The notes below the pieces were generated by a model. That model made no database searches, had not been told where the DNA came from, and saw only the letters and a list, made by a program, of their open reading frames with translations. DNA of 64,000 nucleotides from Mantamonas sphyraenae STR306. Taxonomy: Eukaryota; Protista; CRuMs. Within the stretch, counting starts at the first letter, position 1, and each line of letters begins with the position of its first letter. The stretch covers positions 232,628-296,627 of the forward strand of contig JAPMXV010000062.1 of the NCBI GenBank assembly GCA_026936335.1, in the 5' to 3' direction. Below are positions 22,744-33,840 of this stretch, one piece after another. The translations under genes and the position numbers were made by a program.

Positions 22744-24568
22744 TCAAAAGTCGAAAAACTCTCGGAATGCCTCCACGTTGCGCTGCTGCACGTGCCGCAC
22801 GAGGTCCCCACGCTTCATACCCACAAGCGAAAAGGCCAGGTTGTTCCACAGGTGCTCTGCGTCCGGGTTGACCGACAGGGCAGAAAGAAAGTAGGCGCTG
22901 GCCTCCTGGTGCTTTCCTTCGTTGCTGTAGCTGATGCCGATGTTTGCACGAGCTCGTGTGTACGAAGGCTTGAGCTCGAGCGCGCGGTGGTACTTCTCGA
23001 TGGCCTCCTCGTTCTGATTGGAGTTGGCCAGCGTGGCGGCCAGTTTGTTGATGAGGGCATAATCGTCGGGGCGCTGAGCCACAGCCACCCTGAAGCAATC
23101 GGACGCCTTGTCGTACTCACTAAACAGACAAAAGAGCAGACCCAGGCCAATCTGCACATCTGCGTCCGGGTTGTCAGGCTTGGACCGGGCTGCGTCCAGA
23201 TACATGTTAATGACGCTGTCCAGATCCGTCGGCTCGCCCTGGTGGCTTGCAACCACATCCTGATACTCTACGTTGACTGCCATCCAATTATGCAACGCCT
23301 TCAGAGCCAGATTGATGTCGCCGTTGTTCACGTGACCCGTCGCCAGCGCCATCAGTGACTCCAGGTTCGTGGGATCGACCTCCACCGAGCGCTTCAGTGC
23401 GCTAATGGCCTTGTCATCTTCGTCATTCTCGGCTGTGCGGGATGGGCGTGGGTGGGTGCGGGAGGGGAGGACACAGGGAGGTGAGTGGGGGGGAAGGGGA
23501 CACATCGGCATTTGTAAAGAGGCACCCGGAACACTTTCACCGACCATTGGCCAGACCCAACAGACGCCAAGCGCGACTGTGATGGGGAGCACGCTGGACC
23601 ACGGCTTCAAAGGCAAGCAGGGCGGCCGGGTCACCACGATCAAAAAGATCGATGGCCACCTGAAGTAGCTCCTCGACGTCTGCTTGCTGGTCCTGGAAAG
23701 CATTGTCGGCCACAAAGTCATACTGGGAGTACGGTGAGATGCCTGCGTTGAGCATGTCCTGTTCCCACATCTCGTTGAGCTGTTCGTCGTTGAGATCGAC
23801 CAGGCTTTGCACGCCATCCGCGTTGGCAAAGCCAAGGTTGCCCGAGGAGAGCTGCTTGATGAAATCAAAGAACTGGCTTTGGTGGAAGCGCGGGTCATCG
23901 GTGCGTGCCAATGTGTCCTGCACTGCCTGCTCCCAGGCCTTGCGCATCATCTCGGGCGGAATCACCGTGTCTCCCGCAGCCGCGGCGTCCATGGCCGTCA
24001 TCTCGTCAATCCATTTTTGCATCTCCTCGGCTGTGTGGGCCATGTTGCTCTGCGCAGGGTCTGTGCCGTCGCCTGCAGAGGCCCAGGCCTGCTCGAGGGC
24101 AAGCAGTTCGTCGACCATCCGCTGCGCTTCGGCCTCCTCACGCTCGGCACGCTGCGAGGCGTTCTCAGGCGGCTCCTGGACGGATTCGAAACAGAGAGCA
24201 AAGTGGTGTCGAGGTGACAGGGTGCATGCGTGCGTGGGGCGAGTCGGGGAGGTGTGAGCTGCGACGGAAAGGGCGGACATGCTCCGCATGCTGCGTGGGC
24301 TGGGTGGGCAACATACGTTGGCCAGTTGGAGCTCATCCTGGCTCTGTTGGCCGCTCTTGCCCTGCTTCTTCTCAGTCTGCTCCAGAGTATGCAGCTGCGT
24401 GTATGCATCCTGCGAAGCCGCGTCCTCTGGCTGCTGCTGAACTTCGAACTCGCCGTACTCCTCCTGCACGCCACTCTTGTCGTCCAACTGGCCCATGAGC
24501 GAGTCCAGCGGATTCTCGCTGTCCTGTCCCTGCTTGTCAGCGCCAGATACAATGTCTCTGATCGACAT
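22744..24568 (-). CDS. PEX5: Peroxisomal PTS1 receptor PEX5 with a PEX7-binding box
   Basis: MSIRDIV...ENPL N-terminus; PRFHQSQFFDFIKQLSSG (PEX7-binding box); TPRs with AENDED, NKLAATLANS, ALELKPSYTRARANIGIS; C-terminal EAFREFFDF; introns ~24317-24176 and ~23545-23433. Confidence 0.92.
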
Positions 24569-24730
24569 GCGAGGTGTTCGTCGGTGGTGGGGTGGGAAGG
24601 GTATTGTGGGTCCGGCAAGCGCTGGACGACTGGACATCCGTCGAGTTGGGAAGAGGAGGCAGTCACACGCCAACCCGTGTGTCAACGATGGAAGCAGAAT
24701 TGCGCGCTTGCAGACAACAATAGCAACGGA

Positions 24731-26080
24731 ATGTCGCTTCCCTCGTGGCAACAACAACACGGCCACGTCAACACGCCGTCGTACATCCAAGGACAAGCCA
24801 GCGTGGACACGGGAGTGCGTGAAGAGTGGGTGCAAAAGGCACTCACGTTCCTGTCGATGCCAGCGGTACGACAGTCGAGCAAGGCGACGAAAGTGGCGTT
24901 TCTGGAAAGCAAGGGCATGCGGCCGGCCGAAATCACAGAGGCATTCCGCAGGCACGAAGCAACAGGCGGTGGCCAATTGTACTCTGGCATGCATGGAGGA
25001 TCCTCGAGTGGCCTTGCTAGCTCGTCCATGGAGCAGGGCCGAGGGAAAACCGACTCGCGATTCCATGCCTACCAGCGGCCGTCGTACACGAGCTACCGCA
25101 ACAGTCCACCGTCGTACGGGTCATCCGCGGCCGCGACCAGCAACAACGGTGTGCCGGCCAACCGTACAGTGGTGCCGTACTCGGGTCCCGCGTACAGCAG
25201 TGGCAGCAGCAGCGGAGCGCAAGTGGCCGTGTCGCAAGAGTCGGGGCTTGTGTCAAACACGGCGCTTCTGGTGGTCAGCGCAGTCGCTGGTGTGGCGTAC
25301 TTGGCCAAAGAGATTGTAATGCCCTGGTTGGATGGCGACGATGAGGAGGCAGAGAACGAGGCTGCGTTGGCAAAGGAAAGGCAAGCGGCTGAAGAGGCAG
25401 AGCGGTTGCGGGAGTGGCAGGAACAGCAGCAGGCAGACATGCGCAAGCTGCGCAATGAGGTTAGACTGGTCAAAGAGGGCCTGCGCGACGTGAGTTCAGG
25501 TTTGGGGCGCGTCAACGAGACCCTGCGCAAGCTGGAGAGTGCCAACAAGATTTCGGAAAGCTTGATGCTCAAAAAGCAGCAAGATATCCTGACGCATATT
25601 GGTCGGGGTCAACACAGCAGCAGTGAGCTCAGCAGTGAGCTTGAGGCAGCCTCACACTCGGCCCACTCGACGTCCACTCCTGGACACCCGACGGCCGTGC
25701 GTCCAGGTCTGCCGGACACTTCGCCTCTGCTCAGTGCCACCAAATCGGAGGGGGCCCTCCCTACCAGTGCAAGCAGTGCAAGCAGTCAGAACCTGCCCTC
25801 GTGGCAGCTGAGGGGCACTGTGGCTGGCCGAGTGGGGCCCAAAGCAACTACAAGCAAAGGCAAGGCAACAGCAAAGGACAGCAGCCCCAGCACGACCAGC
25901 ACGACCAGCAAGACCAAGTCTGAACCCTCCAACAACAACCACGATCGAGCTCGACGTAGCTGGGCCGGGCGCGGGTTTGAGGACGACACGGTGAGTGCGT
26001 CAAGCGACGTGTCCAATTCGCCCGTCGTGGAAGAACAAGATGAAGAGGAGGCGCCCGGTGATGAATGCACCGAACAGTGA
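24731..26080 (+). CDS. PEX14: Peroxisomal docking protein PEX14
   Basis: REEWVQKALTFLSMPAVRQSSKATKVAFLESKGMRPAEITEAF is a Pex14 N-terminal domain; then a hydrophobic segment ending KEIVMPWL, a coiled coil, an LPSWQL motif and an acidic tail. Confidence 0.9.
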   Translation: MSLPSWQQQHGHVNTPSYIQGQASVDTGVREEWVQKALTFLSMPAVRQSSKATKVAFLESKGMRPAEITEAFRRHEATGGGQLYSGMHGGSSSGLASSSMEQGRGKTDSRFHAYQRPSYTSYRNSPPSYGSSAAATSNNGVPANRTVVPYSGPAYSSGSSSGAQVAVSQESGLVSNTALLVVSAVAGVAYLAKEIVMPWLDGDDEEAENEAALAKERQAAEEAERLREWQEQQQADMRKLRNEVRLVKEGLRDVSSGLGRVNETLRKLESANKISESLMLKKQQDILTHIGRGQHSSSELSSELEAASHSAHSTSTPGHPTAVRPGLPDTSPLLSATKSEGALPTSASSASSQNLPSWQLRGTVAGRVGPKATTSKGKATAKDSSPSTTSTTSKTKSEPSNNNHDRARRSWAGRGFEDDTVSASSDVSNSPVVEEQDEEEAPGDECTEQ

Positions 26081-26175
26081 GAGGAGGGGCTGATGACGGG
26101 AAACAAAGGCTGTTGTTGCTGGAAACAAAAGACTGTTGTTTTTGTGGTGGTGGTGGTGGTTGGGACTTTTGTGGA

Positions 26176-27210
26176 TCACCTCCTTCCGCCACGCCGCCTG
26201 CGGTCCTTGCGCTGCTGCGACGCCTTTTGGCCACGCATGTCGGCAAGCATGCGCTTGTCCACCTTTTTCACACGTGCTCCCTTGGGGATCTTGACCTTGT
26301 TCTGCGAGCCGTGCTTGCTGACGACCATGACGCGCTGCACCTTCTTCTCCTTGGCCGCGCGCTTGTACAGCTGCTCGATGTTGCGGCCCTTGTCCCGCTC
26401 CGTCATGTCGGGGTTCTCCATGATCACCGCCGCCTTCTTGCGAGCCTTTTCCAGCCTCTTCATGGCCTTGAACTTCTTGCGAGCCTTGGCCTCTGCAATC
26501 TTCTTGATCGGCCGCGCGTTCAGCTCCATGTACTTTTCGCGGATCTCGTCCACCATCTCCTTGGTGATGGGAAGCTGTGGCTTGTTGTGTTCCTTCTCGT
26601 CCGCCACAAACCATTCGGGCAGGCCGTCGATGTCGTTGAAAGCAAAGCGGTTGTAGCTGTCGTCCACCAGCTGCTGCTTCATGCGCTTGCGCACCATGGC
26701 GGCTCCCAGAGCCACGCTTTCCATTGTGCTTTGCTTGCGCAGCTCTTCGTTGCGCTTGTCCACGGGCTCCTTGGCGTACCCGTGCGATTCGAATTCGTCG
26801 TCCCCTTCATCTTCATCATCGTCGTCGTCCAGCGGGTCGAAATGCTTCTGCTGCGGCACAACCTCAAACTCGCCGTCATCATCGTCATCGTCCCCTTGCT
26901 CCACTTCTTCCTCCACCTCGTCCAGATCCACCATTTTGCGGCTGCGCTTGCGGTCGCCCCCGCACCTCCCTGCGCTTCATCTGCGGCCTCCTCTTCCTCC
27001 TCCCTCATCTTGCGCTTGCGCTCCATGACCTCGGAGCGCATGCGACCAACCTCCAGCTGCTCGTCCACACTGCTGTGCAGCTCGTCCAGGTTGGAAAACT
27101 GCTCGAACCATGTGTCTGAAGGTACGCGCACCTCTTCCATCGCGTCGTCGTCGTCTTCCTGGTCACCCAGATCGTATTCTTCCTCCTCTTGTGCATTGTC
27201 ATTGTCATTG

Positions 27211-27250
<40 letters not shown>

Positions 27251-29218
27251 CAGGCGCCACCTTTGTTGTGCGCACTTTGGCAAGCATCTCCTCTGCCTCC
27301 TGCGCCTCTCGCATCTCCTTCTGGAACTCGTCCATGAGGTCGGTGGACAGGTTGGGGATGTATCCTGTGGACGGCTTCTCACGACCGAGTGGCATCAGAT
27401 CTGCAGTCTCGACAAAAGTACGCTTGGCATTACCCTGCAGATCCAGCTTGGCCTTGGCCCGGTTGATGGCCTGACGCTCCTTGTACTCGTCGTAGAGGTG
27501 GTCCAGTTGGTCTTCGAGCTCGTCCACGTAGTCTCCACCCTGCAGGGCGTCCCGTGCGCCGCTCTCGATGTCGCGTTCGATTTCGCGAAGCGATTGTGCG
27601 GTGCTGTTTTGCCTCTCCCACGCTTCGTCCTGCTCTTTCATCCATGCGTCTGTGGCTGCCATGCTGACGACGTCGCCTTCCTCCAGGTGCATCTTTGCAA
27701 GAGTGCCCTTCTTGCGCCTGCGCTGCACGTCGGTGAAGGAGAACAGCTCCTCGTCTTGCTGCATCTCAAACTGGTCGTCTGGGTTGATAATGCCCAGAGC
27801 CACGCGTTCGCGGTACTTGCGCAGCAAGTCACGGCGCCGTTTGCGCCTCCTCTTGAGCAGACGCCGGTGCTTTTCAGAGAGGGCGGCGAGCTCCTGCTGC
27901 AGTTGCTCCTCCTCTTGCTCTGGGGTCAGTTCGATTTGCTCGGTTTCCACCGTGTCCTCGGCCGCGTTGGTTGTTTTGCCAGGAAGCTCCTCTTCCTTAA
28001 GCCCCAGCACGGCACGCATGTCCCGACGCCAACGCAGCAGAGCCTTAAAGTCGGCCTTGCCCAGCACACGCAGGTCGGCAAGGCACTCTTTGACCTCCTG
28101 GGTTGTCCTTGTGTGCGCGGCCAGGGTGTCTGCGTGTTCGCCTTCAAAGCGCACTTCGTCGAACCGGGTCATAAAGTCCACCGGATCCTGGCTGTCGACA
28201 AACGCAAACACGTTTGCGTGACGGAACAGAGTCTCGTTGTCCTCGTCGTAACCCACACGTGCGGGTTTGGCGCCGATCTTTTCCTGGAGCACGTTGACGC
28301 GCCCGTTGTTGCTGGGTCCGTCGTCCACCTGCTTGAACACATACCGCGGGTCCAGCATCTTGGGATCGATCTTTTTGGGGGCCTTGTAGCGACGGCAGAC
28401 GACGAAGATCTCTGCCGACGTGTTGCGCGAGGCTGGCGGCTTGGTGACGTCGACCTTGCCAAAGAGCTGCTTGAACACCCACAAGAGGGAAAAGTAGTCT
28501 GCTGAACGAAAGACCTTTGTGACAAAGGAGCCATCGGCAGCAAGAAACTCGGTAGCAAGGCGCAGGGAGTGGAGCACGAGCTCGTTCTGGGAGTAGGCAT
28601 CCTTGCTCCAGTCTGCACCGACTGAGGGTGCACCATCGTGGACCACAAGGTCGACCATGGTGCCCTGCAGTTGACGCGTGAGCTTTTGACGGCAGCTTTC
28701 GCTGGTGATGTCGTCCTGGAAGGTCACGACGTTCTTGATGTGTTTGATGGGGAACAGGTCGACGCCGATGATGGTCGAGTTGGGCGGCAAATGGCGCTGG
28801 CACACCTGCAACCTGAGTGCGGGACAGCGGGCAACACGTGTGGGTCAGTGTGTGCGAGTGGAGGCGCGTGAACTGCCGTCAAACGGACGGGGACGCAACA
28901 CATGCGGATTTTCCGCAGCGAGCCGGCAACGTACCATCCTCCCGGGGCAGCACTGCAAACCAGGGGCAACAGCAATTAGGGTTGGTGAGTTAGTGTGGGG
29001 CGTCGAAGAGTGTGAGTATTTTGGCCAGGGGCTGGACATGGGCCGGACCGGGCAACTCACCAGAGATCGAGGACGGCAGTTGCTTTTTGCAGGCCACTGA
29101 ACTGCTTGAGGATGTGCACAAGCTTGAAAGCGGCACGCGAGCGATAGCCCTGGCGCTTTGCCTCCAAGTAGAACTTGTCCTTTCGGGCCTTGGCCTTGGA
29201 TTGAGTGGATTTTCCCAT
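26176..29218 (-). CDS. SPB1: 27S pre-rRNA 2'-O-methyltransferase Spb1/FTSJ3 (frameshift near 26935)
   Basis: [24 protein letters not shown]|CAAPGGW (18-nt microexon 28935-28952), [26 protein letters not shown], and a Spb1 C-terminal domain ([25 protein letters not shown]). Confidence 0.95.
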
Positions 29219-29259
29219 GTGGTGGGTGGATTTTGTTGGTTCCGCTCTCCGCGTGCAGC

Positions 29260-30806
29260 TCACAGCTCTTCCACTGTCTCCTCCTGGCCCAGTACAAACC
29301 AAGCAGCAGCGCCAAGGGCAGCCAGACCTGCACCAATGCCCACGTACAGCATGGTGCTGTCGTCTTTCTTCTTGTCGGCGGCGACCGAGCCGTCGCTGTC
29401 CACGTTCTTCTTGTTGTTGTTCTTGGCCTTGTCTGTGCTCTTTCCAGACTTGCTGCTGGTCTTGCGAGTGGTCTTGGCCTTGCTTGCATCCTTGTCCGTG
29501 GCCGGAGCCTTGTCGGCAGCGGGGGCTGGGTCCTCCTTGGCGACCGCCTGTTCGACGGCCTCCTTGGCCTCCTTGACCATCTTCTCGACGCTGGCTCCGC
29601 TCTCTTTGGCACTCCTCTTGATGGGGTCGTCCTGGACGGGGGATTCTTCATCCTCCTCCTCGTCGGACTCTTCGCCGTCCGCGTCGGCAGAGGCAGACTC
29701 AAGGTCGGCCTTGAGCAGCTTGAGCTTGTTCGTTGCCTTGGCCAGTTCCTCCTCAGCCTCCTTGACGCTGATGTAGTGGAAGGGCCCACGTTCCCTGGCG
29801 CTGAGCTGGGCAGAGACCTCGCCGGCCTTGACCTTTGCTTCGTGAGCGGCGTCCTCCTCCTCCTGCTTGGCGCGGATGTGTTGCCAGGCGTTGACCATCT
29901 CCTGACCATACTCCAGCTTGTCTTCGATGGAACTGGAGCGCTTGCAAATGTGCGAGCAGGCAATGGCCAGGTTCTTGTACGCCTTGGCGTAGGCTGGATG
30001 GATCTCGATGGCCTTCTTCAGCGCGTGGATGGCCTGCTTGGACGTGCCTGTGCCCACCGTCTCCTGGGATCCCTTTGCGATGCGGTCCTCCGCCTGGTTG
30101 ACGATGCGCACCTTTGTTGCGCCCAGGTTGTACCAGGCTTGGTAAAAGTCTGCGAGAGGTGGGGGGTGGTGCCGAGGTTAGCAGGGAGGCACTCGCATCG
30201 CATTTCCACAACGGCGTTTCGGCCACTTTTCCGGGTGACGGTGCGGAAGGGCCAAGGAGTGCCGTAGGCCACTGTGCTGGCACATGAATCGGTTGTGCCC
30301 GTGATGAGATCCACGGCAACATGTGTGTGGAGCACTGACGACGTGTGTACTGGCTATCCGGGCTGCGGAATGGCACACGCAAGTCGAAAGTGGGAAAACG
30401 AGGGCAGCAGCCACGAGGGAGGGTTGGGATGACGATGGACAGCATGGAAGGGGAAAGAACAAAGGGGGATTGGACATTGGACCGTCTTGGGTGGGTCATA
30501 CGTACCGGGCTTGCTGTTGATGGCGGCCTCGAACCATTCGGCTGCAGTTTCGTCCTGACCGAGGTGGTAGTAGACGTTGCCGATGTGCTTGAGCAGGGTC
30601 GGGTTGTCCTTGTTCTCGGGGTAGGCATGTGCGGCGAGGAGGGCGTCACGAATCTCCTCGCGGCCGGCCACGTTGACCTTGACGAGCTGGGGAAACATCT
30701 TCATGGCCTTGTCCAAGGCTTCCTGCGCTTCGGAAAGGCCATTGGCGTTGTTGGTGGACGTGGCCGCACCTGTCGGCGTGTTGGACGGTTCAGCCATGGT
30801 TGCCAT
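29260..30806 (-). CDS. TPR-containing tail-anchored membrane protein
   Basis: TPR-like motifs [30 protein letters not shown]|[10 protein letters not shown] and [16 protein letters not shown]; acidic/Lys-rich linker; C-terminal [24 protein letters not shown]; intron ~30505-30150. Confidence 0.75.
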
Positions 30807-30895
30807 GTCTGTGAGTGTGTGTGTGTGTGTATGTGTGGGTGGTCTTTGTTGATTGGCTGGGCTGCGCAGGGCAGGCCACACGGACTTTCTTTGCG

Positions 30896-33765
30896 ATGTC
30901 TTCAGTGAGTTTGGTACACCAGGCAGTGTTGGGACAAGCTGGGGATGTGGGGGGGCAGATGTGCTGTGTGCAATGAGACTGACTGTGCGAGCACCCCACA
31001 CGCAGGAGCTGGACACGTTTTTGGAAAAGGTGAAGCGCATCCTGGCACGCCGCGGCGCAAGCGGCATCCACGGCCTGCAGCGGCAGTTCAAGATCATGGA
31101 CGACGACGGGAGCAAGTCGCTGTCGCGTTACGAGTTTACAAAGGCCATGAACGACTACGGCATCTCTGTGAACCAAGACGTAAGTGGCGTGAACGAGGCG
31201 TGGGAAGCACGGGCAGGGGGGGGCCCCAACGTCAGGAAAGGGAGGCCGGTGACGAGAGTGCCCAGCAAGCGGGTTTCCCCAGCCAACGAGGCGCATGGGA
31301 GGGAGGGTTGGGGGTGTGGAAGAAGGCCAGATGGGTGTGTGGGAAGGGTGACAGTCGGCAAGGCATGGGAAAGACGTGCATGTGCATGTGGAGACGTGTT
31401 TATCGGGGCGGCCTGTGTGGATTTCCTTCAGACGGTGAAACCCTCCCGAGGAGCGAGACCCAGGAGAGAGCGTGAAAACGGAAGCACGACTGACACGGAC
31501 TGCATGGGTACACAGGAGGTGGACGTGTGCTTCGGTGCATTCGACTCGGATGGAGACGGATCGCTGTCGTACGACGAGTTCCTGGTCGGGCTGCGGGGTC
31601 AGCTGAACGAGACCCGCAAAAAGGTTGTGGTGCAGGCGTTTGAGAAGCTGGACGCTGACGGGTCGGGAGTGATTGAGACAAGCGATTTGCGTGGGGTGTA
31701 CAACGTGCGCAACCACCCGGACGTCAAGTCGGGGAAGAAAAGCGAGGAGGAGGTTCTGGCGCAGTTCCTGGACACGTTTGACCAGGGAGAGCATGACGGC
31801 GTGGTGACGTTGGACGAGTTTCTCACCTACTATGGCAACATCAGTGCTAGCATCGATGACGACGCGTACTTTGCGCTGATGATGTTCAACGCGTGGGATC
31901 TGGGCTCTTCGTCGCGCCCGAGCACAGCACGCTCGTCAGCGTCAGGCACAAGCAACAACGGGCGACCAGGCACGGCACGTTCGACGTACTCGAGCACCAG
32001 CGAGGCTCTGGGCTTTGGGTCGAGCAACTCGCCGTTTGGCACAGACAACCAAGGTAGCCCCGAGCGCCTGTCGACGTCGCGTTCTGGACGAGCGAACCAG
32101 GTCAGCGAGAACAACCCGTTCTCTCCACGCGTGCAGACGCAAGAGACGCAGGGTGGCAGCAGTAGCGGACAAGGACGTGTGCAACACAGCCCACCGCCTG
32201 CGCAGCGAAGCATCGAGGCTTGGGCGGAGAGCGTTGCGAGCAGCGTCAGCGGAGGCAAGGGAGGCCTGGGTGACTCGGGAAGTGTGGGTAGCAACGGCAG
32301 CGGCAGCGGGAAAGGCAAAGACATCCAACGCATGGTGTCCAGTCCCAAGGGCGGATCGCCTGGAAACTCGCTGACCGCGAGTGGGCGCCGACGCAGGCGC
32401 CGCAGGGACAGCCCCGCCATGCAGGCGCAAGAGAAGCTCAAGGCTGCACTGGCACGACGTGGTGCACGGGGCATCTTTTCGCTGGGAAGGCTGTTTCGCA
32501 ACATGGACGACGACGGAAGCGGAGACCTGGACATGAGCGAGTTCCAAAAGGCGATGAAGGAATTCCGGCTGGATCTGAGCGAGGAGGAGGTGAACATGCT
32601 GTTTGCGGCGTACGACACAGACGGGAACGGGACGGTGAGCTACGACGAGTTCCTGGTGGGCGTGCGAGGGCAGATGAACGAGGTGCGCGAAGATATCGTG
32701 CTGGATGCATTTGACAAGATGGACGCGGACGAGAGCGGCCTGCTGGATGTGTCTGATGTGCGTCAGTTCTACGATGCCAAGGGCCACCCAGACGTGGTGA
32801 GTGGAAAGAAGAGCGAAGATGAGGTTCTGCTGGAGTTTCTCGACACGTTTGACGTGGGAGACCACGACGGCATGGTGACCGAAGACGAGTTTGTGAACTA
32901 CTACAACAACGTAAGTGCAAGCATCGACAACGACGCATACTTTGTGCAGATGGTGTCGAGCGCATGGAAGCTAGGCGAGTACGGAGAGGGAAAGCGCTCG
33001 CGCAAGGGTGTTCGTGTGGGAGAGAGCCAGTCGCAAGAAGGACCACCCAAGGTGCGTTTGGCATTTGGAGAGGAGTCCAAGGCCAAGGCCAAGAGCCAGA
33101 GCAAGGCAGGCAGCAGCAGCAGCAGCAGCAGCAGCAAGAGCAGCGACGAGCTGCCGGATCACGTGGAGGAACTGATGGAGAAGATGCGCTCGCAGTTGGC
33201 AGCGCGTGGCGGACGCTCAATTGCAGGTCTGCAGCGACAGTTTAAGATCATGGACGACGACCGTACGGGTTCGCTGGACAAAAGCGAGTTTGTGAAGGCG
33301 ATGCACGACTACGGTGTGCGTGTGAGTGACGAGGAGGCAGTGACGCTGTTTGAGCACTACGACGACGACGGGAACGGACAGATCAGCTTCGAGGAGTTCC
33401 TGGTTGGGCTGCGCGGCAAACTGAACGAGACGCGCAAAAAGGTGGTGAACCAGGCGTTTGACAAGCTGGACGCAGACGGATCGGGGACCATTGACATGGA
33501 CGACATCAAGGATGTGTACAACACCAAGTCTCACCCGGACGTTCAGAAGGGCAAGAAGACGCAGCGCGAGGTGCTGCAGGACTTTTTGGCCAAGTTTGAC
33601 ACGATTGATGCGGACGGAGTGGTGACACGGGAGGAATTCCACAAGTACTACGAAAGCATCAGTGCAAGCATTGACGACGACGCATACTTTTCGCTGATGA
33701 TGTGGAACGCATGGAACCTTGGGGACGATCGTGTGCAGAAGCGAGGCGCGCGTCTGGACGTTTGA
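30896..33765 (+). CDS. Calcyphosin-like EF-hand protein with three tandem calcyphosin modules
   Basis: Three copies of ARRG..I.GL.R.F..MDDD.S..L...EF...HPDV..GKK...FL..FD...Y..ISASIDDDAYF..M...AW; exon 1 MSS|gtgagt; introns ~30905-31005 and ~31180-31515. Confidence 0.88.
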
Positions 33766-33840
33766 AATGTTGGCGACGGACATGGAAATGGACGGGAATA
33801 GTTTGGGGTTTGTTGTGTGCGTACCGCCGTGTGTGTCCGC

